Origin: an uncultured Acidobacteriota bacterium | Lineage (GTDB): Bacteria; Acidobacteriota; Vicinamibacteria; Marinacidobacterales; SMYC01 | DNA length: 64,000 nucleotides | Assembly (NCBI GenBank): GCA_963716925.1 | Contig: CAVQUX010000006.1 | Coordinates: 445,388-509,387, forward strand | Reading direction: 5' to 3' | In this document: piece by piece, positions 21,317-30,378 of the stretch | How the letters are laid out: each line of letters opens with the position of its first letter | Numbering within the stretch: position 1 is the stretch's first letter | Notes under the pieces: generated by a model | The model's database searches: none | Told to the model about the DNA's origin: nothing | Seen by the model: the letters and a program-made list of their open reading frames with translations, nothing else | Translations under genes and position numbers: made by a program

Positions 21317-22297
21317 CTAGAACCGACCAGTGGAATGGTCCAGTGGTCGCATGCACTGGCGCAGTGAGGCGAGGACCGACGGCGTGCATTGGGCGTGGGC
21401 CCGGAACCGGGGGCGGCCCGCGAGGCGGCCGTGCAGCGCGGGGAGGCTGTAGAAGGGCACGCTCGGGTACCAGTGGTGCTCGATGTGATAGCCGACGTTG
21501 CGCGGGAGGACGAAGAAGCGCGCGAGCGGACCCGGGACGGTGGTTCGCGTTCGGGCGTAGCGCGGGTCCTCGGAGCGCACAGCGGAGTGCTCGCACACGA
21601 GGCGGATGTACTGCGCAGCGGCGTGCCACGTGCAGTAGGGCAGGACCCAGTAGATGGCGAACTCGAGCCAGAGCCCGTAGCGAGTCAGCAGCGCGAAGAC
21701 GGCAGCCCACCAGAGCATCCGCACGCCGTGCGCGGCCGCGGACGCGCCGTACATGAAGCCGCCGACCAGACCGCGCGCGATCCAGAACATCCCCGTCAGC
21801 ACGGCGGCACGGCGCAGCAGCTTCAACACGACCTGCAGCGGGGTCTTCGGGTAGCGCCACTCGGGCGCCAGCCGGCCCTCGGCGTCGTGCGTGTGCCACA
21901 GCGATCGATTGCCGTCGCCTGCCTTGCCGAGGTGGCGATGGTGCGAACCGTGGAAGTGGCGAAAGCCCTGCACGGAGATGAACATCGGCCAGGCGAGGAA
22001 GATGTTGGCTACCCAGTCGTTCCATGCGCGGCGCGGCAGCAGGCGAAAATGCGTCGCGTCATGGTTGATGACGGTCAACGCGTGCTGGCGCGCGCCGATC
22101 ACGAGGATCGCGATGACCGTGACGGGCCACGCGTCGGCGGCGATGGCGACCGAGATCGCGGCCGCGAGGATGGACCATTCGACCGCGATCGCGCCGAGTG
22201 CCCGCGTGGGCGAGAGCTGGGAGAGCGCGAAAAGCTCGTCGGCGGCGAGCCGGTCCGGGACCGGCTCCAGGGCGTCGTGCGGGTGCGTCGAGCTCAT
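21317..22297 (-). CDS. membrane fatty acid desaturase family protein
   Basis: ATG 22297 overlaps the upstream stop (ATGA). Three His boxes are present: HDATH, HGSHHRH and HIEHH. Several hydrophobic segments. This is the C-terminal third of the 773-aa track ORF; the rest of that ORF is an out-of-frame shadow. Confidence 0.85.
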   Translation of the reverse strand: MSSTHPHDALEPVPDRLAADELFALSQLSPTRALGAIAVEWSILAAAISVAIAADAWPVTVIAILVIGARQHALTVINHDATHFRLLPRRAWNDWVANIFLAWPMFISVQGFRHFHGSHHRHLGKAGDGNRSLWHTHDAEGRLAPEWRYPKTPLQVVLKLLRRAAVLTGMFWIARGLVGGFMYGASAAAHGVRMLWWAAVFALLTRYGLWLEFAIYWVLPYCTWHAAAQYIRLVCEHSAVRSEDPRYARTRTTVPGPLARFFVLPRNVGYHIEHHWYPSVPFYSLPALHGRLAGRPRFRAHAQCTPSVLASLRQCMRPLDHSTGRF

Positions 22298-23361
22298 GCG
22301 GCCTGCTCCGGATAGAGCTCGGCGAGGGCGGCGAAGCCGGGCTGACAGGCGTCGTCGAGCGCACGCAGCTCGGCGGTGTCGACGCTCTCCGCCTTCGTCG
22401 CGGAGGGCCGGATCTTCTGAGCCGCCGCGCGCACCCACCCGTCGTCCACGTACTCGGGTCCGAGGAACGCGGCGAGTCGCGAGAGCGAGCGCTCCGGATC
22501 GGCGAGGAAGTCCTCGTAGCGCATCGTGAGCACGCGATCGCGCGGAAGCGAGGCCAGTTCGCGCACGCCCGCCCTGATCTCGCCCGACCAGTAGTGGCCG
22601 CACAGAGGCAAGGGCGTCTCCCAGCCGCGAAACGCCTCGGCGTCGAACGCCTCGGGCAGAAACGGCATGAGATCGTCGGGGACGTCGCCGATGAAGGTGC
22701 GGTCGCTCGACTCGTACGGATCGACGCCGAGGATCTCGGTCAGCTGCATCGCGGTCAGGGCCATGCGAAACCCGTAGTGGCGGCTCATCGACCGCGCGCA
22801 GGCTCGGCCGTCGCGCACGATGTGAACGAATCGCGCGCCGGGGAACGTTTGCACGAGGCGTCGCACGATGCGGAGCGAGCCGCCCGAACGCTCGACCCAG
22901 ATCCGCTTGCCGAAGCGCTCGGTCAGCCAGGCGAACAGCCGCGCATAGTGCTCCGCCATCGTGGCCGGAGGCAACCCGGCGACGAAGACCTCGACTTCCG
23001 AGAACAGCGCGTTCGCATCGGGCGTGAGATGCGGGAGAGTCGTCTGCATCAGCGCGGGAACGCCCGTCTCGGCAGAGAATCGCGTCGAGGAGTCGGGCCG
23101 ATAGAGCATTTCCGGAATCCCGACGCCGTGGCGCACCATCGTGGATTGCTTGGGGTGCGCGCCGGCGAGGTGGCGCCAGAGATCGCCCGCGTCGACCGCC
23201 TCCGGCGCGAATGCCTGCGCGATTCGCCCGCCGAAGTCGGTCGTGAAGCAGAAGAACTCCGAAAGGCTCAGCACGCGGTCGTGCTCGCGCAGGAGGTCCG
23301 AGAGCATCGTCGATCCGCAGCGACCGGTCCCGACGACGAAGAACGGCGAGGGCCCGGCCAT
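22294..23361 (-). CDS. sulfotransferase family protein
   Basis: 355 aa. A PAPS 5'-phosphosulfate-binding loop lies at the N-terminus (FFVVGTGRCGSTML), and there is a later IVRDGRACARS motif. The gene starts 2 nt after the upstream stop. Confidence 0.8.
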   Translation of the reverse strand: MAGPSPFFVVGTGRCGSTMLSDLLREHDRVLSLSEFFCFTTDFGGRIAQAFAPEAVDAGDLWRHLAGAHPKQSTMVRHGVGIPEMLYRPDSSTRFSAETGVPALMQTTLPHLTPDANALFSEVEVFVAGLPPATMAEHYARLFAWLTERFGKRIWVERSGGSLRIVRRLVQTFPGARFVHIVRDGRACARSMSRHYGFRMALTAMQLTEILGVDPYESSDRTFIGDVPDDLMPFLPEAFDAEAFRGWETPLPLCGHYWSGEIRAGVRELASLPRDRVLTMRYEDFLADPERSLSRLAAFLGPEYVDDGWVRAAAQKIRPSATKAESVDTAELRALDDACQPGFAALAELYPEQAA

Positions 23362-23363
23362 CG

Positions 23364-24665
23364 TCAGCTGGCCACCGGGAGATTGCGGCGCTCGCGCTCG
23401 AGTCGGGCGAGGTACCAGCGGCCGAGAGACTGGATGCTCGCGGCATCGTAGACGGTGTCATCGCATCGCTCGCCGCCGAGTGCCGAATCCGTGCGGCTCC
23501 GGTCGAAGCGGCGGTCGGCGGTGATGTACGAGCGGTAGAAATCGAGACGCTCGTCGAAGCGCGCGTCGAGCCACTGGAGCTCGGCCGTATCGCGGACGAA
23601 GATCGGCCGAGGGAGCTCGAGCACGTCGAAGATGGCATTGACGGCCATTGCGATCGGAGGCGGCGACGGGTTGGTCAGGTGATAGACGCCATTTGACACT
23701 GCCGAGCGGCCAATCGAGACCGCCTCCCGGGCCACGGCGTCGATCGGTACGAGGTTGATCAGCGCCTCCGGATCGATCCGCAGGCGCAGCGGCCTGCGCT
23801 CCAGCAAGCCGGCCTGCATCCGGTTCACCATCCCGCGAAACTGCACCAGCTGGCGCACGAAGCCGTAGAACCCGGTGAACGTCGTCGCCGAAAGCGTGCG
23901 GCTGTGGCCGACGACGATGCTCGGACGGAAGATACGGACACGCTGGCCGAACGCGAAGCGGACGATGCTTTCCGCATCGACCTTGCTACGCTCGTAATGG
24001 TTGTTCACTTCCACTTCGGCGATGGGTTGCTCGCGAATGATCCCCGTCCTCCGTCCAGCGACGTAAGCCGTGCTCACGTGGTTGAAGGACTCGGCGCCGA
24101 GCTCCGCCGCCAGCTCCAGCACGCGCCGCGTGCCGTCGACGTTGGTGGCACGTATCTCGTCGGCATAGCGGTCTTCGTAGCGAAGCGAGGCGGCACAATG
24201 CCAAACCTGGGTGACGCGCCCGATGCTCGCACTCGTCACGCCGCACGCTTCCCTGGCCACGTCGCCCGCGACGACGCGACACCTCGCGAGGGCGGCAGGG
24301 ATGTCGACCGGGGAGGAGTAGGCCTCGGCCGCATGGGTGAGCGCTTCGGCGAAGCGAGTCCCAGCTGTCTTTGCTCCTGGGCGTGCGAGCACGACGATGC
24401 GGTCGGTCGTCCGCGCCAGAAGCTCGAGTACGATTGCGGCGCCGACGAAACCTGTCGCTCCAGTGACGAGGTGGGTCGAGGTCACGGCCGCCGGGTGCGC
24501 GGTTCGAAAGTCGAAGGCGGGCTCATGTCGAGGACACACCGGTCGCCCGTTGAGGCTTGCCTTCTCGCTCTCCCCATCGGCGAGAAACGGGAATGCCAGT
24601 GAGTCGCGCTTTTCGCGCGCCCGACGGCGGAGGCGGTAGGTCAGGGGGACGGCTCGATTTCGCAT
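23364..24665 (-). CDS. SDR-superfamily thioester/fatty-acyl reductase-like protein (NAD_binding_4 type)
   Basis: Rossmann motif VTGATGFVGAAIV and catalytic YERSK (YxxxK), plus the long C-terminal region typical of terminal reductase domains. The start is uncertain. ATG 24665 is the longest plausible start, and an internal GTG just before the Rossmann fold is also possible. Confidence 0.75.
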   Translation of the reverse strand: MRNRAVPLTYRLRRRAREKRDSLAFPFLADGESEKASLNGRPVCPRHEPAFDFRTAHPAAVTSTHLVTGATGFVGAAIVLELLARTTDRIVVLARPGAKTAGTRFAEALTHAAEAYSSPVDIPAALARCRVVAGDVAREACGVTSASIGRVTQVWHCAASLRYEDRYADEIRATNVDGTRRVLELAAELGAESFNHVSTAYVAGRRTGIIREQPIAEVEVNNHYERSKVDAESIVRFAFGQRVRIFRPSIVVGHSRTLSATTFTGFYGFVRQLVQFRGMVNRMQAGLLERRPLRLRIDPEALINLVPIDAVAREAVSIGRSAVSNGVYHLTNPSPPPIAMAVNAIFDVLELPRPIFVRDTAELQWLDARFDERLDFYRSYITADRRFDRSRTDSALGGERCDDTVYDAASIQSLGRWYLARLERERRNLPVAS

Positions 24666-24710
24666 CGCATCGGACTCCTCATGATCTGCTCTGGCGGAAC
24701 GCTTCCCTTC

Positions 24711-24760
24711 CAGCAACTTCCAGCAACTTCCAGCGACTTCCAGCAACGTCTAGCAACTTC
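24711..24760. repeat. five tandem 10-bp repeats (consensus CAGCAACTTC)
   Basis: Read directly: CAGCAACTTC CAGCAACTTC CAGCGACTTC CAGCAACGTC TAGCAACTTC. Lies 46-95 nt upstream of the reductase-sulfotransferase-desaturase operon start. Confidence 0.95.
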
Positions 24761-25088
24761 CGCGCCAGGGATGGAGAAGGAGCCGGTTCCTGCGAAACCC
24801 TTCCCGCGGTGGTGGTTGGCGCGAAGACGACGAGGGTTCCTTGTAGCTCGAGGCACTACAGGAGGCGGTCCGGAATGATTGTCGCCGCGAGTGAAACTAC
24901 AGTAATCAGGAAAGAGAATTGCTCTCCTCGGGCATAAGGAAAGGGCATGTCTCGATGAAGGCGCCGGCCGATGGAGTCGCTGACCGGTAGCTCTCCGCGC
25001 CGGGTGGCGTCGAGGTTCGCTCCGTTCAGCCCGAGCGACATCCCGAAGCGAGTGGATCGCCTGGCCGGACCCGACTAAGCTTCTGCTC

Positions 25089-26093
25089 ATGAAGACACCT
25101 CGTTTCGCACGATGGTTTCTCGGTCTTCCATTGTTCATTGCGACCTCCCTCGACGCCGCTCCCGGTTACCAGTACTTCGTCGCCGGCAATCCCGCGGACG
25201 TGACCACCCCGACGAGCGGTCTCCTAGTGCTCCAGGGTGGCGGCACGGACGTCGACCAGAACTTCATCGCCATGGGGGAGCGCTCGGGCGGAGGCGACTT
25301 CGTGGTGATCCGGGCCTCGGGAACGGACGCTTACAATCCGTACATCCTCGAGCTCTGCGGCTGCGATTCGGTCGCGACCATCATCTTCAAGAACCACAAC
25401 GCATCCTTCAACAGGTTCGTCATCGATACCATCCGGAACGCCGAGGCTCTCTTCATCGCCGGGGGAGACCAGTCCGACTACGTGAAGTTGTGGAAAAATA
25501 CGCCCATCGAAGACGCGATTCATCACGTCGCCGCGAAGCCGGCACCCGTCGGCGGGACGAGCGCCGGAATGGCCATCATGAGCGAGTTCCTGTACTCGGC
25601 GATGAGCAACAGCAGCTTGACGTCCGAGGAAGGCCTGTCCGATCCGTTTCACCGCGACCTGACCCTGGACCGCGACTTTCTCGCGCTCCCGAAGCTCCAG
25701 GGAACCATCACCGATCAGCACCTGCAGGAGCGCGACCGGATGGGCCGCACCGTCGCGTTTCTCGCGCGCCTGGTGAAGGATGGATGGACCGCGGAGGGCC
25801 GGGCGATCGCCGCCGACCGGGAGACCGCGCTCCACGTCGACCCGGTGGATGGATCGTCGGAGGTCTTCTCGACAGCCGCGCATCCGACGCCCTTCGTGTA
25901 CTTTCTCCGGACGCCCGGTCCGCCTGAAGTCTGCATTCCGGAAACGCCTCTGACCTATCGCAACGTCGCCGTTTACCGGATCGGTCCCGGCGGAACGTTC
26001 GACCTGCACCGTTGGCGCGGAACCGGCGGAATCCACTACACCTTGACCGCGGAAAACGGGGTTCTCACCTCGTCGAACGGCCAGATCTACTGA
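25089..26093 (+). CDS. secreted peptidase S51 / cyanophycinase-like protein
   Basis: Signal peptide MKTPRFARWFLGLPLFIATSLDA. Also LVLQGGG, FIAGGDQ and the nucleophile motif GGTSAGMAIM. Confidence 0.75.
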   Translation: MKTPRFARWFLGLPLFIATSLDAAPGYQYFVAGNPADVTTPTSGLLVLQGGGTDVDQNFIAMGERSGGGDFVVIRASGTDAYNPYILELCGCDSVATIIFKNHNASFNRFVIDTIRNAEALFIAGGDQSDYVKLWKNTPIEDAIHHVAAKPAPVGGTSAGMAIMSEFLYSAMSNSSLTSEEGLSDPFHRDLTLDRDFLALPKLQGTITDQHLQERDRMGRTVAFLARLVKDGWTAEGRAIAADRETALHVDPVDGSSEVFSTAAHPTPFVYFLRTPGPPEVCIPETPLTYRNVAVYRIGPGGTFDLHRWRGTGGIHYTLTAENGVLTSSNGQIY

Positions 26094-29000
26094 AGGCCGA
26101 TCCGGTCCGTCCGGAACGTTTCCGCGGAAACCTCCCCTCCAGGTCTGTTTACCACCAACTTCGTAACCCACAGGTAGAACGTGGGGAGCGCCAGGAGGGT
26201 GAACGCGGTCGAGGTGACCAGACCTCCCACCATCACGATCGCCAGCGGCCGCTCGATCTCCGTTCCATGGAGCGGAAGCAGGAGAAGCGGCAGGAGGCCG
26301 AGGGTCGCCGTCGCGGCGGTCAGAAGCTTCGGTCTCACGCGGCCGATGCTCGCCTCCCGGAGTGCGTCCTCGAACGGCCGTCCATCGGCCGCGAGCGCGC
26401 GGGTCTGGGAGACCAGCACCAGTCCGTTCTGGACGGCGATGCCGAAGAGCCCCATGAGGCCGACGAGAGACGAAACGTTCCAGGTCTCACCGGCGAGGAA
26501 GAGCGCCAGAATGCCTCCGACGAAAGCGTCGGGGAGAGTCGCCAGGATCACCAGCGTCTCAGCCACCGAGCCGAGGGCGAGGTACAAAAGAATGAATACC
26601 GCGGCCACGGCGACCCCGATGGCCACGGCGAGGGATCGGCCGGCGCGCTCCTGGCTCTCCACTCTGCCGGCGACGTCGAAGAAGTAGCCGGCGGGAAGCT
26701 CGAGACTCGCGACCAGCCGTCGGCGGACTTCTCCGGCGACGCTTCCGAGGTCCCGCCCTGAAACTCCGGATTCGATCGCGATTCTCCTCGTCCCCGCCTC
26801 GCGCCGGATGACGCCGGGCCCGAAGCCCTCCTCGACCCGGGCAAGCTGCTCCACGGGAATCCGCGTCCCGTCGTGTCCGTGGAGCAGAAGAGAGCGAATC
26901 GCGGAGACGCTCCCGCGTGCCTCGTCGCCGAGTCGCACGACGAGGTCGAAGCGCCGCTGGCCGACCCATATCTCCGACGGCTCCGCCCCGGCGAGAGCGA
27001 CCCTCACCGCGGTCACCACGTCCCCCGGCGTGAGCCCGACGCGGGCGACTGCCGGCCGATCCACCGCAACCTGGATCTGCGGCTGGCCTACGAGCTGCTC
27101 CACGCGGAGGTCCGTGACCCCCTCGACTTCCGCAAGGATCCGACCGGCCTCGCGGCCGAGCTCTGCGAGGCGATCGAGGTCCGGGCCGAAGATGCGAACG
27201 GAGATATCGGCCGGCGTTCCCCCGAGGCCCTCGTCGATGCGCATGCCGAGAGGGGTTGTGAAGAGCACCGACACTCCAGGTATGCTCTTTAGCGCCTCGC
27301 GCATCTCCTCCTCGATCTGCTCGAGGCCGCGCGCGCGATCTCGCTTCAGGATCACGAGAACGTCCGAAAGGGTGTGGGGCATGGGATCCTCGGTGCGCTC
27401 CGCCCGGCCGGTCCGGCGCACGACGTCCTCGACCTCCGGAATTCCACGGAGCGCGTCCTCGACCCGGTGGTTCACGCGGTCCACCTCGTCGAGGGAGGCC
27501 TCGCTCGGAAGAACGGTCTGTAGTAGAAGCGCGCCTTCGTCGAGACGCGGCATGAAATCAGTCCCCAGTCGAAAGGCGAGCACGATCGCGGGGACGGTCA
27601 ATGCGAGCGAAGCCACGCGGACCGCGGCACCGTGGCGGAGCGCGCGGTCGAGCAGAGGCGCGTACCCCGCCTTGATGCGCCGCAGCAGGCGAACGTCCTC
27701 AGGGTGATCCGCGGGAGGGGCGCGAAGCACGCGGGCACCCACGGTCGGCACGAGAGTCAGCGCCAGAAGAAGCGAAGCGGAGAGCGTCGCGATGACCGCG
27801 GCCGCCAGGGGCCGGTACATGCGCCCTTCGATTCCGGTCATCGCGAAGAGCGGAAGGAAGACCGCGATCACAATCAGCGTCGCGAAGGCGATCGGCCGGG
27901 CGACTTCGGAGGCGGCTCGAAACACCGTCTCCCGCCGCGGCCGGTCGCGATCCGTTCTCAACCGGTGGACCGCGTTCTCGGTCACGATGATCGCGGCATC
28001 CACGAGAAGACCGACGGCGATCGCGAGACCGCCCAGGGTCAGGGTGTTGAGTCCGACTCCGAGCGGCCGCAGCAGGAGCCCGGCGAGGGCGACCGAGAGC
28101 GGAAGGGTGAGGGTGACGAGGAGGGCCGCGCGCGCGTCGCCGAGGAGGAGAAAGAGGACGGCGACGACGAGAACCGCACCCACCAGGACCGCCCTCCCGA
28201 CTCCGCTGAGAGCGTCGTTCACGAGCTGGGATTGGTCGTAGACGACCCGCACTTCGATTCCCGCCGGAAGCGATCGCCTCAGGTCCTCGATCGCGCCGCG
28301 CAGGTTCGCCGCGACCCGCACCGTGTCCGCGCCGAACTGCTTGACGACGCGGCAGCTCACCACCTCGCCCCGCAGGCGATGGGCGATTCCGCGGCGAATC
28401 GCCGGCGCCTCCCGGACCTCCGCCACGTCGCCGAGGAGCACCGGAGCTCCGCCCCGAATCGCGACGACCGTCGACCTCAGGTCCTCGACCGAATCGGCAC
28501 GGCCGATGGCGCGCACGACCCACTCGATGGAGCCCTGGGTGATGAAGCCGCCCGCGGCGTTGAGGTTCGCCCCCTCCGCCGCGTGCAGGACTTCGTCGAG
28601 CGTCACGTTTCGCGCCGACATCCGGTCGGGATCGAGCTGCACCTGGAACTGGCGGAGGTAGCCTCCGAGCCGCTCCACCGCGGCGACTCCGGGAACGGCG
28701 AGAAGGCGGTTCCTCACCTCGAACTCCGCGAAGTCGCGAAGCGTCATCAGGTCCGCGGCGCCTGGCTCGGCTTCGAGGGTGAACTCGAAGATCTCGTTCA
28801 ACCTTCCCGTGAGGCTCGAGAGAAGCGGCGTCTCGGTGCCGGGAGGAAGCCCTGGAGTCGCCTGCCCCAGGCGCTCGGCCACGAGCTGGCGGCTCAGGAA
28901 GTAGTCCGCGTCGGGCTCGAACTCGACGGTGATCTGGGAGACGCCCATTTGAGACGACGAGCGAACGCGGCGGACCTCGGGCAGACCCGCGAGAGCGGTC

Positions 29001-29206
29001 TCGATGGGGATGGCGACCGCGGTCTCGAGCTCCTCCGCTCCCATCGCTTTGTTCTGGACGATGACGTTGAAGATGGGGATCGAGAGATCGGGAAAGACGT
29101 CTCGCGGAAGATCCCGGAGCCAGAGCGCGCCGAGAGCGGCTCCGGCCAGGACGAGGACGACGGTGAGGGCGGGCTTTCGAAACGACGCGCGCAGGAGGGA
29201 ATCCAT
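26087..29206 (-). CDS. heavy-metal efflux RND transporter, CusA/CzcA family
   Basis: 1039-aa intact ORF with 12-TM RND architecture and family-typical segments (IPIFNVIVQNKAMGAEELE, LGGLAIAVGLLVDAAIIVTENA). Confidence 0.9.
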   Translation of the reverse strand: MDSLLRASFRKPALTVVLVLAGAALGALWLRDLPRDVFPDLSIPIFNVIVQNKAMGAEELETAVAIPIETALAGLPEVRRVRSSSQMGVSQITVEFEPDADYFLSRQLVAERLGQATPGLPPGTETPLLSSLTGRLNEIFEFTLEAEPGAADLMTLRDFAEFEVRNRLLAVPGVAAVERLGGYLRQFQVQLDPDRMSARNVTLDEVLHAAEGANLNAAGGFITQGSIEWVVRAIGRADSVEDLRSTVVAIRGGAPVLLGDVAEVREAPAIRRGIAHRLRGEVVSCRVVKQFGADTVRVAANLRGAIEDLRRSLPAGIEVRVVYDQSQLVNDALSGVGRAVLVGAVLVVAVLFLLLGDARAALLVTLTLPLSVALAGLLLRPLGVGLNTLTLGGLAIAVGLLVDAAIIVTENAVHRLRTDRDRPRRETVFRAASEVARPIAFATLIVIAVFLPLFAMTGIEGRMYRPLAAAVIATLSASLLLALTLVPTVGARVLRAPPADHPEDVRLLRRIKAGYAPLLDRALRHGAAVRVASLALTVPAIVLAFRLGTDFMPRLDEGALLLQTVLPSEASLDEVDRVNHRVEDALRGIPEVEDVVRRTGRAERTEDPMPHTLSDVLVILKRDRARGLEQIEEEMREALKSIPGVSVLFTTPLGMRIDEGLGGTPADISVRIFGPDLDRLAELGREAGRILAEVEGVTDLRVEQLVGQPQIQVAVDRPAVARVGLTPGDVVTAVRVALAGAEPSEIWVGQRRFDLVVRLGDEARGSVSAIRSLLLHGHDGTRIPVEQLARVEEGFGPGVIRREAGTRRIAIESGVSGRDLGSVAGEVRRRLVASLELPAGYFFDVAGRVESQERAGRSLAVAIGVAVAAVFILLYLALGSVAETLVILATLPDAFVGGILALFLAGETWNVSSLVGLMGLFGIAVQNGLVLVSQTRALAADGRPFEDALREASIGRVRPKLLTAATATLGLLPLLLLPLHGTEIERPLAIVMVGGLVTSTAFTLLALPTFYLWVTKLVVNRPGGEVSAETFRTDRIGLQ

Positions 29207-29208
29207 CT

Positions 29209-30378
29209 CTAGTGCTCGTGCGCATCGCCCGCGCCGCGGGCCTTGTCCGCCTCGGCTTTCAGCAGAAAGGCGCCTTCGACCACCACCGTCTCGCCGGCCG
29301 AAAGGCCGGAGACCACCTCCATCTCACCCCCGAGGTCCCGGCCCCGTCCGACGGTGCGGATCTCGAAAGCCCCCGCTTCACGCGGGAGGAACACCACCCA
29401 GTCGTCCTCGACCCTCTGCATGGAGGCGGCAGGCACCGCGACCACGGAAATGCCGTCCCCTCCGAGATCGATGGCGGCCGTCGCCGACATGCCGGGCCGG
29501 AACAGGCCATCGGGGTTCTTCAGCGTGAGCCGGATCGGCACGGTGCGTGAATCGGCGTCGACCTGGAGGCCGACCTGATCGACCCTGGCCTCGAACGTTC
29601 TTCCGGGAAGCGCCGGGAACGTGACGCGCGCCAGGGCACCCACGCGAACCCGGGCCGCGTCGCGCTCGAAGGCTTGCACCACCAGCCAGAGCGTCTCGAG
29701 AGCCGCGATCTCGAAGAGGGGCTGCGAGGGGTCAGCCTGCTGCCCCACCACCGCCGTTCGTTCGAGCACCACGCCCGCGAGCGGGGAGCGGAGCTCGAAG
29801 AGCGAGGGATCGTCACCCTCGGACTTCGGCGCCGCTCCGAGCGAAGCCAGCGAGGCGCTCGCGGCCCGGAGCTCGGCATCGGCGGCTTTCATATCCGCCT
29901 CAGCTTGCTCGACTTCCCGCCGGGACGCGATGCGCTCGGACGAGAGCGCTCTCTTGCGATCGAGCGTCTGGCGAGCGAGCTCCACCCGCGCTTCCGCGCT
30001 GATGTGCTCGGCACGGGCCCTTCCGAGCTCTACGCTCCGGAGCTCGACCAGGATCTCCCCCCGATCGACGCGCTCGTTCGAAGCCGCGTGCAGCCGAATC
30101 ACCTGCGCCGGGATCGGCGAAGCGACTTGCGCGTGATGGTTCGCGTCGACCCGGAGCTCTCCGAGCATGGAGGCTTCGTCCGCGCCGCGATGCGCCTCCA
30201 CCTGGAGCGTCGTGATCTTCAGGTCTCGAAGCATGTCCGGTGCGATCCGTAGAAACCCCTCAGGATCGTCCGCGCCTTCCTCGGCGCCACTCTCTTCGAT
30301 CGACCCTTGTTCGACGGGTCGCTCCCTCGGACCGCAAGCGGGAAGCAAGAGGAGAAGGAAACCGCTCCATCGGCTCAT
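29209..30378 (-). CDS. efflux RND periplasmic adaptor (membrane fusion protein)
   Basis: 389 aa. A lipoprotein-like N-terminus (LLLLLPACG), a coiled-coil hairpin and beta-barrel regions. The gene starts 2 nt before the RND pump gene. Confidence 0.85.
   Translation of the reverse strand: MSRWSGFLLLLLPACGPRERPVEQGSIEESGAEEGADDPEGFLRIAPDMLRDLKITTLQVEAHRGADEASMLGELRVDANHHAQVASPIPAQVIRLHAASNERVDRGEILVELRSVELGRARAEHISAEARVELARQTLDRKRALSSERIASRREVEQAEADMKAADAELRAASASLASLGAAPKSEGDDPSLFELRSPLAGVVLERTAVVGQQADPSQPLFEIAALETLWLVVQAFERDAARVRVGALARVTFPALPGRTFEARVDQVGLQVDADSRTVPIRLTLKNPDGLFRPGMSATAAIDLGGDGISVVAVPAASMQRVEDDWVVFLPREAGAFEIRTVGRGRDLGGEMEVVSGLSAGETVVVEGAFLLKAEADKARGAGDAHEH

Noticed and set aside
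22298-23638. N-terminal 446 aa of the 773-aa ORF 21317..23638.
   Set aside because: Only the last 326 aa or so, from MSSTHPHD, look like a desaturase. The upstream part is Arg/Ala/Ser-rich and overlaps, in a different frame, the well-supported sulfotransferase gene.
24711-24760. The decamer array as a sigma-54 promoter or a CRISPR-like array.
   Set aside because: TGG and TTGC elements occur, but at 7- or 17-nt spacing rather than the fixed -24/-12 spacing. The units are contiguous with no spacers, and there are no cas genes.
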